Of a DNA stretch of 64,000 bases, positions 31,995 through 41,556 are shown piece after piece. Position 1 is the stretch's first letter. The number at the start of each line of letters is the position of its first letter. Below the pieces are notes generated by a model. That model worked only from the letters and a program-made list of their open reading frames with translations, made no database searches and had not been told where the DNA came from. Source of the stretch: an uncultured Gemmatimonadales bacterium (GTDB lineage: Bacteria; Gemmatimonadota; Gemmatimonadetes; Gemmatimonadales; Gemmatimonadaceae); NCBI GenBank assembly GCA_963851265.1, contig CAWKNZ010000002.1, forward strand, positions 1,696,001 through 1,760,000. The letters are read 5' to 3'. A program made the position numbers and the translations under genes.

Positions 31995-32803
31995 GCGCGA
32001 CGCTGACGCCGGCCGCCGAAGCCGCGCTCGGCGTCACGGCCGAGCGGCGCGCCGTGATGAGCGCGGTCGGCGGCGCGCCCGACAGCCAGTGGGTGATCGT
32101 CACGCGCGGCCTCAAGCGCGAGTACGACATGGGCGGCGAGATCGTGCGCGCGCTGCGCGGAGTCGATCTCGCCATCGCCCGCAACGAGTACGTCGCGATC
32201 ATGGGACCGTCGGGCTCGGGCAAGTCGACCCTGATGAACGTCATCGGTTGCCTCGACACGCCCAACGCGGGCGAGTACTGGCTCAACGGGACGCAGGTCT
32301 CGCGGATGAGCGACGACGCGCTCGCCGCGGTGCGCAACCGCGAGATCGGGTTCGTCTTCCAGACGTTCAACCTGCTCCCGCGCTCCACCGCGTTGCAGAA
32401 CGTCGAGCTGCCGCTCGTCTACGCCGGCGTTTCGGCCGGCGAACGCCGGAAGCGCGCCACCGAAGCCCTCGAGCGCGTGCAGCTGGGCCAGCGCGTCGGC
32501 CACCGCCCCAACGAACTCTCCGGCGGCCAGCGGCAGCGCGTCGCGATCGCGCGCGCGCTCGTCAACAACCCGGCCATCCTGCTCGCCGACGAGCCGACGG
32601 GGAACCTCGACTCGCAGACGTCCGAAGAGATCATGCGCGTGTTCGAGGGGCTCGCCGACCAGGGGCAGACCGTGGTCATGGTGACGCACGAGCCCGACAT
32701 CGCCGCGCACGCGCGGCGCGTCGTCGTGCTCCGCGACGGGCTCATCGCGAGCGACGAGAGCCAGGCGCAGTTCGCGGCGCGGCTGGCGACTCCGGCGGCC
32801 TGA
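31991..32803 (+). CDS. ABC transporter ATP-binding protein (MacB/LolD-like)
   Basis: [34 protein letters not shown]. Confidence 0.93.
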   Translation: MSATLTPAAEAALGVTAERRAVMSAVGGAPDSQWVIVTRGLKREYDMGGEIVRALRGVDLAIARNEYVAIMGPSGSGKSTLMNVIGCLDTPNAGEYWLNGTQVSRMSDDALAAVRNREIGFVFQTFNLLPRSTALQNVELPLVYAGVSAGERRKRATEALERVQLGQRVGHRPNELSGGQRQRVAIARALVNNPAILLADEPTGNLDSQTSEEIMRVFEGLADQGQTVVMVTHEPDIAAHARRVVVLRDGLIASDESQAQFAARLATPAA

Positions 32804-32815
32804 CGCGCCCGACCG

Positions 32816-34060
32816 GTGTCGTTCCTCGAAGCCGTCCGCCTCGCGCTCCAGCAGATCCGCGTTCAGAAGCTGAAGAGCTTCTTCACGACGCTCGGCGTGC
32901 TGATCGGCGTCATGTTCCTCATCGCCGTCATCTCCATCGTGCAGGGGATGACCAACTACATGGAGAACGACTTCGCCGGGAAGCTCATCGGCGGCAACAC
33001 GTTCACCGTGCGGCGCTTCCCACAGAACAACGTCGGCAACGTGACCGAGGCGATGTGGCGCGCGTGGCAGCGCCGCCCGCGTCTGACGCTCGTCGACGTC
33101 GACGTGCTCCGTACCGCCCTGCCGGCGGGCACGCGGACGGCGATCGACAGCGAGAACCTCGTCTACGCCTCCACGCTCTACGCCCGCCCGCGCCAGGTGT
33201 TCGCCGTCGCCACGGACGGCGACTACTTCCGCATCAAGAAGTACGACATGTCGAACGGGCGCGCGTTCACGGCGCAGGAGGCGCAGCTCGGCCTGCCCGT
33301 GATCGTCATCGGCGACGAGGTGCGGGAGCGCATGTTCCCGGGCATCGACCCGATCGGGCGCGCGCTCAAGATCAACGGCATTCCCTACACCGTCGTGGGC
33401 GTGGTCGAGAAGCAGGGCTCGGTGTTCGGCTTCTCGCTCGACCGGCTCGCCGTGGCGCCGTTCCGGTCGCCGCTCTCGCGCCTCACCAACCCGCGCGCCG
33501 ACGTGGACGGCCTCATCGTCAGCGCCCCGTCGCGCGAGGCGCTGAGCGACCTGGAGGAGCAGGCGCGCGAGATCCTGCGCAGCCGGCGGCGGCTCGCGCC
33601 CACGCAGCCCGACAACTTCGAGTTCGAGACGTCGGAGTCTGCGCTCTCGTTCTTCAACGGGATCAAGAGCAAGATGTACGTGTTCGGCGCCGCACTCCCC
33701 GCGATCGGCCTCATCGTGGGCTCGCTCGTGATCATGAACATCATGCTCGTCGCGGTGGCGGAGCGCACGCGCGAGATCGGCGTCCGCAAGGCGTTAGGCG
33801 CGCGGCGCCGCGACATCATGAGCCAGTTCCTGGTCGAGGCGGCGATGCTCTCCCTGCTCGGCGCGGCGGTCGGCATCGCGCTCGGGCTCGTCGGCGCCAA
33901 GCTCCTCTCGCTCGCCTTCCCGTTCCTCCCGGCGGGCATCGCGCCGTGGTCCATCGGCGTCGCACTCGTGATGGGCGCGGGCGTGGGGATCGTCGCCGGC
34001 GCCTACCCGGCGAGCCGCGCGTCGCGCCTCGACCCGATCGCCGCGCTCCGCGCCGACTGA
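32816..34060 (+). CDS. ABC transporter permease (MacB/FtsX-like)
   Basis: IMNIMLVAVAERTREIGVRKALGA, QFLVEA, LDPIAALR. Confidence 0.92.
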   Translation: MSFLEAVRLALQQIRVQKLKSFFTTLGVLIGVMFLIAVISIVQGMTNYMENDFAGKLIGGNTFTVRRFPQNNVGNVTEAMWRAWQRRPRLTLVDVDVLRTALPAGTRTAIDSENLVYASTLYARPRQVFAVATDGDYFRIKKYDMSNGRAFTAQEAQLGLPVIVIGDEVRERMFPGIDPIGRALKINGIPYTVVGVVEKQGSVFGFSLDRLAVAPFRSPLSRLTNPRADVDGLIVSAPSREALSDLEEQAREILRSRRRLAPTQPDNFEFETSESALSFFNGIKSKMYVFGAALPAIGLIVGSLVIMNIMLVAVAERTREIGVRKALGARRRDIMSQFLVEAAMLSLLGAAVGIALGLVGAKLLSLAFPFLPAGIAPWSIGVALVMGAGVGIVAGAYPASRASRLDPIAALRAD

Positions 34061-34078
34061 CGGCGAGCCACCACGTCC

Positions 34079-35347
34079 ATGCGACTCGTCGACCGCATCG
34101 TCCAACTGTTCGAAGGCGTCGTGATCGCCCTCGAAGCCATCCGCGCCAACCGCGTGCGCGCCGCGCTCACCATCGCGGGCGTCGCGATCGGCGTGTTCGT
34201 CGTCGTCGCGATGTCGGCCGCGGTGCACGGCATCACGACCAGCTTTCAGAGCGACGTCAACGACCTCGGCGCCACGACCTTCCAGGTCAGCCGGCGCGTC
34301 ACCATCGGGCCGAGCGCGTGCGACGGCTCGGACGAGGCGTGCCCCGACCGAAAGAACCCGGCCCTGAGCCCCGACGAGGCCGTCGCGATCCGCCGTCTGC
34401 CGAGCGTCGCCGCCGTGGTCGAGATGCTCGGCGGCCAGAACGCATTCAGCTACCGCGACAAGAACCTGTCGAGCGTGGGCTTCGACGCGATGAGCGCGGA
34501 CTGGCTCGAGACCGACGCCAGCGACGTCGGCCCCGGCCGTAGCTTCACCGCGCAGGAGGCCGCGTCGGGCGCGCGCGTCGCGGTGATCAACGACTCGCTC
34601 AAGGTGCGCCTCTTCGGCGAGTCCGACCCGATTGGGAAGGTGTTCACGATCGGCAACCAGCAGTTCTCCGTGGTCGGCGTCTACCACCCCAAGGGCGGGT
34701 TCCTCAAGTCGCTCGGCGGCCGCGGGCCGGACAACCCGCGCGCGGTGATCCCCATCGAGTCGTTCCGCCGCAACTTCGACTACTGGCGGCGCGGTCTTTG
34801 GCTCGTCGTCAAACCGCGGGAAGGCGTGTCGCAGGCGGACGCGATGGACGAGGTCACCGCGCTCCTGCGTGCGCGCCGCGGCCTGAGGCCGACGCAGCCC
34901 AACAACTTCGGCCTGATCACGCAGGACCGCCTCACCGAGACGTTCGACAAGCTCTTCGGCACGCTGTTCGTGATCGGGATCGCGCTGTCCGCGGTCGGAC
35001 TGCTCGTCGGCGGCGTGGGCGTGGTCGCGATCATGATGATCTCCGTCACCGAGCGCACGCGCGAGATCGGCGTGCGCAAGGCGCTCGGCGCGACGCGCGC
35101 GACGATCCTCTTCCAGTTCCTCGTGGAGGCGGCGACGTTGACGAGCATCGGCGCGGGAATCGGCCTCGTCCTCGGCGCCGGCGCCGCGTGGCTCATCCGG
35201 GCCAACTCGTCGGTGCCCGCCTCCGTGCCGGCGTCCGCGGTGGTCAGCGCGCTCGTCGCCAGCGCGCTCACGGGCGTGCTGTTCGGGATGCTCCCGGCCG
35301 TGCGCGCGTCCCGGCTCGACCCGGTCGAGGCACTCCGCTACGAGTGA
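34079..35347 (+). CDS. ABC transporter permease (MacB/FtsX-like), second paralog
   Basis: IMMISVTERTREIGVRKALGA, LDPVEALRYE. Confidence 0.92.
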   Translation: MRLVDRIVQLFEGVVIALEAIRANRVRAALTIAGVAIGVFVVVAMSAAVHGITTSFQSDVNDLGATTFQVSRRVTIGPSACDGSDEACPDRKNPALSPDEAVAIRRLPSVAAVVEMLGGQNAFSYRDKNLSSVGFDAMSADWLETDASDVGPGRSFTAQEAASGARVAVINDSLKVRLFGESDPIGKVFTIGNQQFSVVGVYHPKGGFLKSLGGRGPDNPRAVIPIESFRRNFDYWRRGLWLVVKPREGVSQADAMDEVTALLRARRGLRPTQPNNFGLITQDRLTETFDKLFGTLFVIGIALSAVGLLVGGVGVVAIMMISVTERTREIGVRKALGATRATILFQFLVEAATLTSIGAGIGLVLGAGAAWLIRANSSVPASVPASAVVSALVASALTGVLFGMLPAVRASRLDPVEALRYE

Positions 35348-35469
35348 GCGCTGGGCCGGGCCGCGTCGGCGTGCCGCCCGGCCCCGGACTTGCGCCGGCG
35401 AACACTGGCGCCGATCGCGGGCCGTCCACGCGACCGGAGCGCCGGACCACAGCCACCGTCGAGGAACCT

Positions 35470-35667
35470 ATGCCACAGACGCTGACGCGCGACACGGTCG
35501 GACTGCTTGGCGCGGCCGGAGTGCTGCTGCTACTCGTGTGGGTCGTTGGATTCGTCGTGCTCGGCGTGCACGGGCGCGGCTGGCACGCGCTCGTCCCGAT
35601 CGGCATCGTGCTCGTCATCGCCCAGGGCATACGCCGCATGAACGCGCGGGGCGACGACCCGGACTGA
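35470..35667 (+). CDS. Small two-TM membrane protein (65 aa)
   Basis: GAGGA RBS then ATG; MPQTLTRDTVGLLGAAGVLLLLVWVVGFVVLG...LVPIGIVLVIAQG. Confidence 0.65.
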   Translation: MPQTLTRDTVGLLGAAGVLLLLVWVVGFVVLGVHGRGWHALVPIGIVLVIAQGIRRMNARGDDPD

Positions 35668-35754
35668 CCGCGCCGCGCGCGGCGCGCCGCGTGCCGCGTG
35701 CTCACGCGCGGCGCGGCCGCGCGGGCGTTGCACCGAGGCGGCTATCTTCGCCGC

Positions 35755-36504
35755 ATGACCAACGGTTCGCTGACCTCGCCGCCCCCGCCGGCGCTCGATC
35801 TGCTCGCGATCGGCCCGCATCGCGACGACGTCGAGCTGCTCTGCGGCGGGACGATTCTCAACGCCGTCGCCCGCGGCCGGCGCGTCGGGATCCTGGACCT
35901 CACGCGCGGCGAGATGGGGACGCGCGGCTCGGCCGAGCTGCGCGAGGAGGAGGCGGCACGCGCGGCCGACGTGCTCGGCGTCGCGACGCGCGAGAACCTC
36001 GGCCTTCCCGACGCCGGCATCACGAACACCGCCGAGACGCGCGCCGCGCTCGTCCAGGTGCTGCGGCGGCTGCGCCCCGCCGTCGTCATCGGACCCGCGC
36101 CGCGCGGCCGCCACCCCGACCACCGCGTCGCCTCGGAGCTCGTGCGCGACGCGTGCTTCCTGGCCGGCATCGTCAGGTTCGCGCCCGGCCTGCCGGCGCA
36201 CCGGCCCCGCAAGCTGCTCTACGCGGTGGCCTACCGTGAAGACGGCGACCGCCCGACGTTCGTCGTCGACGTGAGCGACACCTTCGAGCGGAAGCTGGAG
36301 GCCGTTCGCTGCTACGGCTCGCAGTTCGACGGCCTCACGCAGGCCGGCGAGGTGATGCCCAACGGCGAACCGCTCTACGACATCGTCCGCCACCACGCGG
36401 CCCACTACGGCTCGCTCATCCGCGCCCGCTACGGCGAGCCCTTCGCGACGCTCGAAACGATGCGCGTCGAGGACGTGACCACGCTCGAGGTCTCGACGTT
36501 CTGA
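35755..36504 (+). CDS. bshB1: Bacillithiol biosynthesis deacetylase BshB1 (PIG-L family)
   Basis: PHRDDVEL.CGG, DLTRGEMGTRG, RENLGLPD, HPDH, Y.SQF. Confidence 0.82.
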   Translation: MTNGSLTSPPPPALDLLAIGPHRDDVELLCGGTILNAVARGRRVGILDLTRGEMGTRGSAELREEEAARAADVLGVATRENLGLPDAGITNTAETRAALVQVLRRLRPAVVIGPAPRGRHPDHRVASELVRDACFLAGIVRFAPGLPAHRPRKLLYAVAYREDGDRPTFVVDVSDTFERKLEAVRCYGSQFDGLTQAGEVMPNGEPLYDIVRHHAAHYGSLIRARYGEPFATLETMRVEDVTTLEVSTF

Positions 36505-37211
36505 TGGAGGAGGCGGGACGCTCGGGCGCGCCGGTCACGTACGGCTCGTACCTCGCCCTCGACGACCTGCTCGCGTTGCAGCGTCCGCGGTCGGCCGAGG
36601 GCGGCGCAGAGCACCCGGACGAGCTGCTGTTCATCGTCGTGCACCAGACGAGCGAGCTGTGGTTCAAGGTGATCCTGCACGAACTGGCCGGGTTGGCGGC
36701 GGCGATGCGCGGCGCCCCCGGGACGCCCGGCGATGCCGGCCTCGCCCTCTGGCGCGCGACGCGCGTCAACTCGCTCACCCGCATCGTCTCGACGCAGCTG
36801 TCGTCGCTCGACACGCTGCCACCCCAACGATTCCTGCAGTTCCGGGGCTACCTCGGCTCGTCGAGCGGTGCGCAGAGCGCGCAGTTCCGCGCCATCGAGC
36901 AGCGCTCCACGGAGCTCGAGCCCGCGTTCCTCGCACTACTCGGGGCGGGCGCGACGACTGTCGAGGCGCTCTACACGGGCCCCGGCCCGGGCACGCTGTT
37001 CTTCGTCGCGGAGGCGCTGCTCGAGTACGAGCAGCAGTTCGCGCGGTGGCGGTTCCAGCACGTCCAACTCGTCGAACGGATCATCGGGCCCGCGACGCAG
37101 GGCACCGGCGGCTCGTTAGGCGCGTCGCACCTCATGCGCACCGTCGCGCAGCGGTTCTTCCCGGTGCTGTGGGAGGCCCGCACGCGGCTCTACCGCGGCG
37201 GCGCAGGGTGA
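36504..37211 (+). CDS. kynA: Tryptophan 2,3-dioxygenase family protein
   Basis: YGSYL.LD.LL..Q, DELLFIVVHQTSELWFK, FR..LGSSSG.QS.QFR, ERIIG, GTGGS. Confidence 0.85.
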   Translation: MEEAGRSGAPVTYGSYLALDDLLALQRPRSAEGGAEHPDELLFIVVHQTSELWFKVILHELAGLAAAMRGAPGTPGDAGLALWRATRVNSLTRIVSTQLSSLDTLPPQRFLQFRGYLGSSSGAQSAQFRAIEQRSTELEPAFLALLGAGATTVEALYTGPGPGTLFFVAEALLEYEQQFARWRFQHVQLVERIIGPATQGTGGSLGASHLMRTVAQRFFPVLWEARTRLYRGGAG

Positions 37212-37882
37212 CCGGCGATGACCGCGGCGACGCGCGAGGCCGGATCATCGACGTGAGTGTGCGCGTCGCGGCGGGCACGCCCGAGTGGCCGGGCGACACG
37301 CCCTACGCCTGCGGCTGGACCGCGCGGCTCGCGGACGGCGCGACCGTCAATCTGTCGGCGATCACGCTCAGCCCGCACGTGGGCACGCACGCCGACGCGC
37401 CGCTGCACGTGCGCGACGGCTGGCCGGGATCCGACGCGCTGCCGCCCCACGCGTTCCTCGGGCCCGCGCTCGTCCTCGACCTCGCGATGTTGGACGGCGA
37501 ACTGTCGTACGACGCAGTCGCCGCGGCCGCGCGTACGGCCCGCACCGACCTCGGGGGCACCGAACGCCTGCTGCTGAGCACGGGGCGCACGATCGCGAGC
37601 GGCCGATTCCCCGCCGCGTGGCCGTGGCTCGCGCCCGCGTGCGTCGCCCGCCTGTGCGCCGACGGGCTCGTGCTGTTAGGCGTCGACGCGCCGAGCGTGG
37701 ACGGCCGCGAGAGCAAGGATCTGGCGACGCACCACGCGCTGTTCGGCGCGGGCGCGTGGAACTTGGAGAACCTCGACCTGCGTGCCGTCGCGCCCGGACG
37801 TTACGAGTTGGTCGCGCTGCCGCTCTCGCTCGACGGGCTGGACGCGGCGCCCGCGCGCGCCGTGCTCCGCCCCTTGAGCTGA
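37208..37882 (+). CDS. kynB: Cyclase family / kynurenine formamidase
   Basis: WPGDTP, HVGTHADAPLH, GVDAPSVD, LENL, APARAVL; follows kynA. Confidence 0.82.
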   Translation: MTGDDRGDARGRIIDVSVRVAAGTPEWPGDTPYACGWTARLADGATVNLSAITLSPHVGTHADAPLHVRDGWPGSDALPPHAFLGPALVLDLAMLDGELSYDAVAAAARTARTDLGGTERLLLSTGRTIASGRFPAAWPWLAPACVARLCADGLVLLGVDAPSVDGRESKDLATHHALFGAGAWNLENLDLRAVAPGRYELVALPLSLDGLDAAPARAVLRPLS

Positions 37883-38934
37883 GCGAGGCGTTCGCCGATC
37901 GCGTCGGGCGTCAGCAGGTCATCAGCGATCGCCGCGATTTCCTCGGCGTCGCGCCACGAGCGTTCCAACTCGGCCAGTTCGCCTTGCATTGCGCGGCGCT
38001 CCCGTTCCTCGTGGGCGGCCATCTCCAGCGCGAGGCGCGCCCTCGGTATGAGGGCCTCGAGCGTGCCGTCCGCCCGAGACTCCCCGCCCAGCACAGTCAC
38101 GTTCCACGGACGTCGGTAGCGGGACGGTTCGCGCGCGAGCGCCGCGAAGAGAGCTTCGGAACTGCCAGCGGCATCGAGCAGGTCGACCGCGCCACGAACG
38201 TCCGCGCTCGAACCGCCGCCACGATTCACGTGCGGCAAGAGCCGTGATGCGGCGAGTACCGCCGCCTCGCCCGGCAGGAGTGTCATTTCCGGCACCGTGG
38301 AGGACCAGCTGTCGTGCCGGACACCGCGGAATGTGTCGAGCTGCAGCGCGAATCCGTGCTTCGGATCGGGAACGAGCCGCGCCTGTCCCGCGCCGACGAG
38401 ACTCACGCTGCGCGCCGTCCGCTCCGCGCCCCCGGTCACCGCGATCCGTGTCCGCATCCGCCGCGCTTCATTCGCGAGATTGACGAAGTTGGGCAGGTTC
38501 CAGAGTCCGCCTACGCTGAAGAGCCCCATCGCGGGCCCGGCCACGACGACGATAGACGCAACGGCGACCGCGCCTCCGATCATCAACACGTGTTTCCGTC
38601 GCCGCCGCCCGAACTGGTCGCCGTACCGCCACGCCGCAAACTCCGGGCGGAGCGGTGCCCCGATGCGCACCAACTCCGTTCGGTCGCGCAGCCGCGCGAG
38701 TCCGACGTTCTCGGTCGAGGTCCGTAACCGGGTCCCGCGGAACAGCCGCTCCGCGTCCTCGATCGCCTCCCACCGTTCCTCCTGTGGTGTGAGGTTCCAG
38801 CGCTCGCAGCGTCGGCACACCACCCACAACCGCCCCTTCGCCGCGTCGTAGGCGAGACGACGTCCCACGGGGAAGTGTTCGATCGCCTCGTTCCGCCCGA
38901 GGTCCGCGTGACAGAAGAGGCACGTCGAATACAT
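37801..38934 (-). CDS. Hypothetical protein with an N-terminal Zn-finger (CxxC...CxxC) and one TM helix
   Basis: MYSTCLFC...WVVCRRCERWNL; TM segment IGGAVAVASIVVVAG; C-terminal helix EMAAHEERERRA...EEIAAIADDLL. Confidence 0.75.
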   Translation of the reverse strand: MYSTCLFCHADLGRNEAIEHFPVGRRLAYDAAKGRLWVVCRRCERWNLTPQEERWEAIEDAERLFRGTRLRTSTENVGLARLRDRTELVRIGAPLRPEFAAWRYGDQFGRRRRKHVLMIGGAVAVASIVVVAGPAMGLFSVGGLWNLPNFVNLANEARRMRTRIAVTGGAERTARSVSLVGAGQARLVPDPKHGFALQLDTFRGVRHDSWSSTVPEMTLLPGEAAVLAASRLLPHVNRGGGSSADVRGAVDLLDAAGSSEALFAALAREPSRYRRPWNVTVLGGESRADGTLEALIPRARLALEMAAHEERERRAMQGELAELERSWRDAEEIAAIADDLLTPDAIGERLAQLKGRSTARAGAASSPSSESGSATNS

Positions 38935-39069
38935 GCCCGAAAGATGCCGCACGACGCGCGGCGCTGCGCGGCGCCGGCGACGTCGTCGGGCGCGCTGCCG
39001 TGTCGCTACGCGCTCGTATCGGTCCGCCAGAGAGTGGCTCTCCCCACCCGGCCAGGGGTACCTTGAGCG

Positions 39070-40257
39070 ATGCCCACCCCCGTCTACCTCGACCACGCCG
39101 CGACGACGCCGGTGCGCCCCGAGGTGCGTGCGGCGATGGACCCGTTCTTCGGCCCGACGTTCGGCAACCCGTCGAGCGCGCACCGCTGGGGCCGTGCGGC
39201 GCGCGCGGCCCTCGACGAGGCGCGCGAGCGCGTCGCCCGGACGATGGGCGCCCGCCCCGACGAGGTCGTCTTCACCTCCGGCGGGACCGAGGCCGACAAC
39301 CTCGCCGTGCTCGGCGCCTGGCGGGCCCGCCGCGACCCCACGCGCCGTGCGGTCGTCACCTCGCCCATCGAGCACAAGGCGGTGCTCGCCGCGGTGCATC
39401 ACACCGTCGAGGAGGGCGCGGAGGAGCGCCTGCTCCCCGTCGACGCCGACGGGCGCGTGCGCATCGGCGCGGCCGCTCTCGACCGCGACGTCGCCGTCTG
39501 CTCGGTCATGTGGATCAACAACGAGACCGGCGCCGTGCAGCCCGTCGGCGAACTCGCGGCGCGCGCGCATGAATTCGGCGCGGTGTTCCATACCGACGCC
39601 GTGCAGGCGTTCGGCAAGCTCGCCATCGACACCGCGACGCTGCCGGTCGACCTCCTGACGATCAGCGGCCACAAGATCGGTGCGCCGAAGGGCATCGGCG
39701 CCTTGTACGTGCGCCGGGGCACCCCGCTCGCGCCGATGCTGCACGGCGGAACGCAGGACCGCGGGCGCCGCCCCGGGACCGAGAACGTCGCGTACGCCGT
39801 CGCACTTGCGACGGCGGCGGAGCTCGCCGTCGCCGAGCGCGAGGCAGAGTGCGCGCGGCTGGGCGCGTTGCGCGACGAACTCGAGGCGCGCATCCTGGCC
39901 GCCGTGCCCGACGCGGTCGTCCACGCGTCGACCGCCGCGCGCGCGCCGCACGTGACCAACGTGTCCGTGCCGGGCTGCGACGGCGCCGCGCTGTTGCTCG
40001 CGTTCGACCTCCACGGCGTCGCGGCGTCGGGCGGTTCGGCGTGTCAGACGGGGAACGTGGAGCCCTCGCACGTGCTGCTCGCGATGGGCGTGGCGCCCGA
40101 CCTCGCCGCGAGCGCCGTGCGGATGAGCGTCGGCGCGCTCACCACGCCGGCGTGCGTGGAGCGGGTCGGCACCCTCTTCCCCGCGCTCGTCGCGAAGGCG
40201 CGCGCTGCGGCGGCCGCCGGCGCGGGATCGCCGTCGGACGGGGGGATCGCGTGGTGA
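39070..40257 (+). CDS. iscS: Cysteine desulfurase (IscS/NifS family)
   Basis: YLDHAATTP, GNPSS, FTSGGTEADN, HTDAVQ, SGHKIG, SGGSAC. Confidence 0.9.
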   Translation: MPTPVYLDHAATTPVRPEVRAAMDPFFGPTFGNPSSAHRWGRAARAALDEARERVARTMGARPDEVVFTSGGTEADNLAVLGAWRARRDPTRRAVVTSPIEHKAVLAAVHHTVEEGAEERLLPVDADGRVRIGAAALDRDVAVCSVMWINNETGAVQPVGELAARAHEFGAVFHTDAVQAFGKLAIDTATLPVDLLTISGHKIGAPKGIGALYVRRGTPLAPMLHGGTQDRGRRPGTENVAYAVALATAAELAVAEREAECARLGALRDELEARILAAVPDAVVHASTAARAPHVTNVSVPGCDGAALLLAFDLHGVAASGGSACQTGNVEPSHVLLAMGVAPDLAASAVRMSVGALTTPACVERVGTLFPALVAKARAAAAAGAGSPSDGGIAW

Positions 40258-41369
40258 GCGGGCCCGGCCGGGGCGAGCGCGTGCTCGTCGCCATGAGCGG
40301 CGGCGTCGACTCGTCCGTCGCCGCCGCGATGCTCGTCGAGCAGGGTTACGACGTGGTCGGCGCGACGATGAAGCTGTTCTGCTACGGCGACGACGTGCCG
40401 GACCGCCCGTGCTGCTCGCTCGATTCGATCAACGACGCGCGGCGCGTGTGCGAGCGGCTCGGCGTGCCGCACTACGTGCTCAACCTCGAGGACCGGTTCG
40501 GCCACGACGTTGTGCGCGATTTCGTCGACGAGTACGCGCGCGGCCGCACGCCGATCCCGTGCGTGCGCTGCAACACGTTCACCAAGTTCCGCGACCTGCT
40601 TCGGACCGCCGACCTCGTCGACGCGCGCTGGATCGCCACCGGCCACTACGCGCGCGTGATCGACGGCGCGCTGCACCGCGGCCTCGATCCGGCCAAGGAC
40701 CAGAGCTACTTCCTCTGGGGCATCGACCGTCGCGTGGTCGCCCGCATGCTGCTCCCGGTCGGCGGCCAGACCAAGCCCGAGACGCGCGCGGTCGCGCACC
40801 GGCTCGGTCTCACCGTCGTCGCCGACAAGGTCGAGAGTCAGGACATCTGCTTCGTCCCGGACGGCGACCACACGAAGATCATCCGCCGCACCTTGGGCGC
40901 CGACGCACCGTCGCTCCGCCCGGGCCCGTTCGTCACGAGCGACGGCCGCGTGGTCGGCACGCACGACGGGCACGCGCGCTACACCGTCGGGCAGCGCCGC
41001 GGACTACCGGGCGGCTTCGCCGTTCCGATGTTCGTCGTCGCCATCCGGCCCGCCGACCGCGCCGTCGTGATCGGCCCGCGCGAAGCCCTGCTGGGGCGCG
41101 GCGTCGTGGTGCGCGAGGTGAACTGGCTCGGTGAGGCACCCGCGGGCGGCGCGTTGGTCGCGGTGCAGGTGAGGCACCGCGCGCGCCCCGTGGCCGCGAC
41201 CATCGTGCGCGCCGACATCGACGAGGTCGAGGTCGCGCTCGACGAGCCCGTGGCGGCCATCACGCCCGGTCAGTCGCTCGTGTTCTACGACGGGGCGCGC
41301 GTCCTCGGCGGCGGCGTGATCGAGGCCGCCGTGGGCCACCGCGCAGCTCTGCCCGTGCTGGCTGCCTGA
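40254..41369 (+). CDS. mnmA: tRNA 2-thiouridine(34) synthase MnmA
   Basis: AMSGGVDSSV, TPIPCVRCN, ATGHYA, KDQSYFL, ESQDICF, YTVGQRRG, TPGQ. Confidence 0.95.
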   Translation: MSGPGRGERVLVAMSGGVDSSVAAAMLVEQGYDVVGATMKLFCYGDDVPDRPCCSLDSINDARRVCERLGVPHYVLNLEDRFGHDVVRDFVDEYARGRTPIPCVRCNTFTKFRDLLRTADLVDARWIATGHYARVIDGALHRGLDPAKDQSYFLWGIDRRVVARMLLPVGGQTKPETRAVAHRLGLTVVADKVESQDICFVPDGDHTKIIRRTLGADAPSLRPGPFVTSDGRVVGTHDGHARYTVGQRRGLPGGFAVPMFVVAIRPADRAVVIGPREALLGRGVVVREVNWLGEAPAGGALVAVQVRHRARPVAATIVRADIDEVEVALDEPVAAITPGQSLVFYDGARVLGGGVIEAAVGHRAALPVLAA

Positions 41370-41556
41370 CGCGAGCGCGGCGCCGGTCGACACGCGGCAG
41401 TACCGACGCCCGGCACGTTCCGAGAGGAATGATCCTCGTCGATGGGCATGATTCCCTCTTGCGGCGTCGAAGCAGAGCTGGCCGAAGTACCCGTCCGGAA
41501 CGCCGGGGCGATACCCGGCGGGGCGGTTGCGCACGCAGCCACCCCGCGCGCGGGCG

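Noticed and set aside
41285..41470. Possible small minus-strand ORF (MPIDEDHSS...) with a GAGGGA RBS between dnaJ and mnmA
   Set aside because: It runs antisense into mnmA with low-information sequence and no recognisable family.
41516..41531. GG-N10-GC sigma54-like motif on the plus strand
   Set aside because: It points antisense into the dnaJ 3' end with no downstream gene, so it is probably chance.
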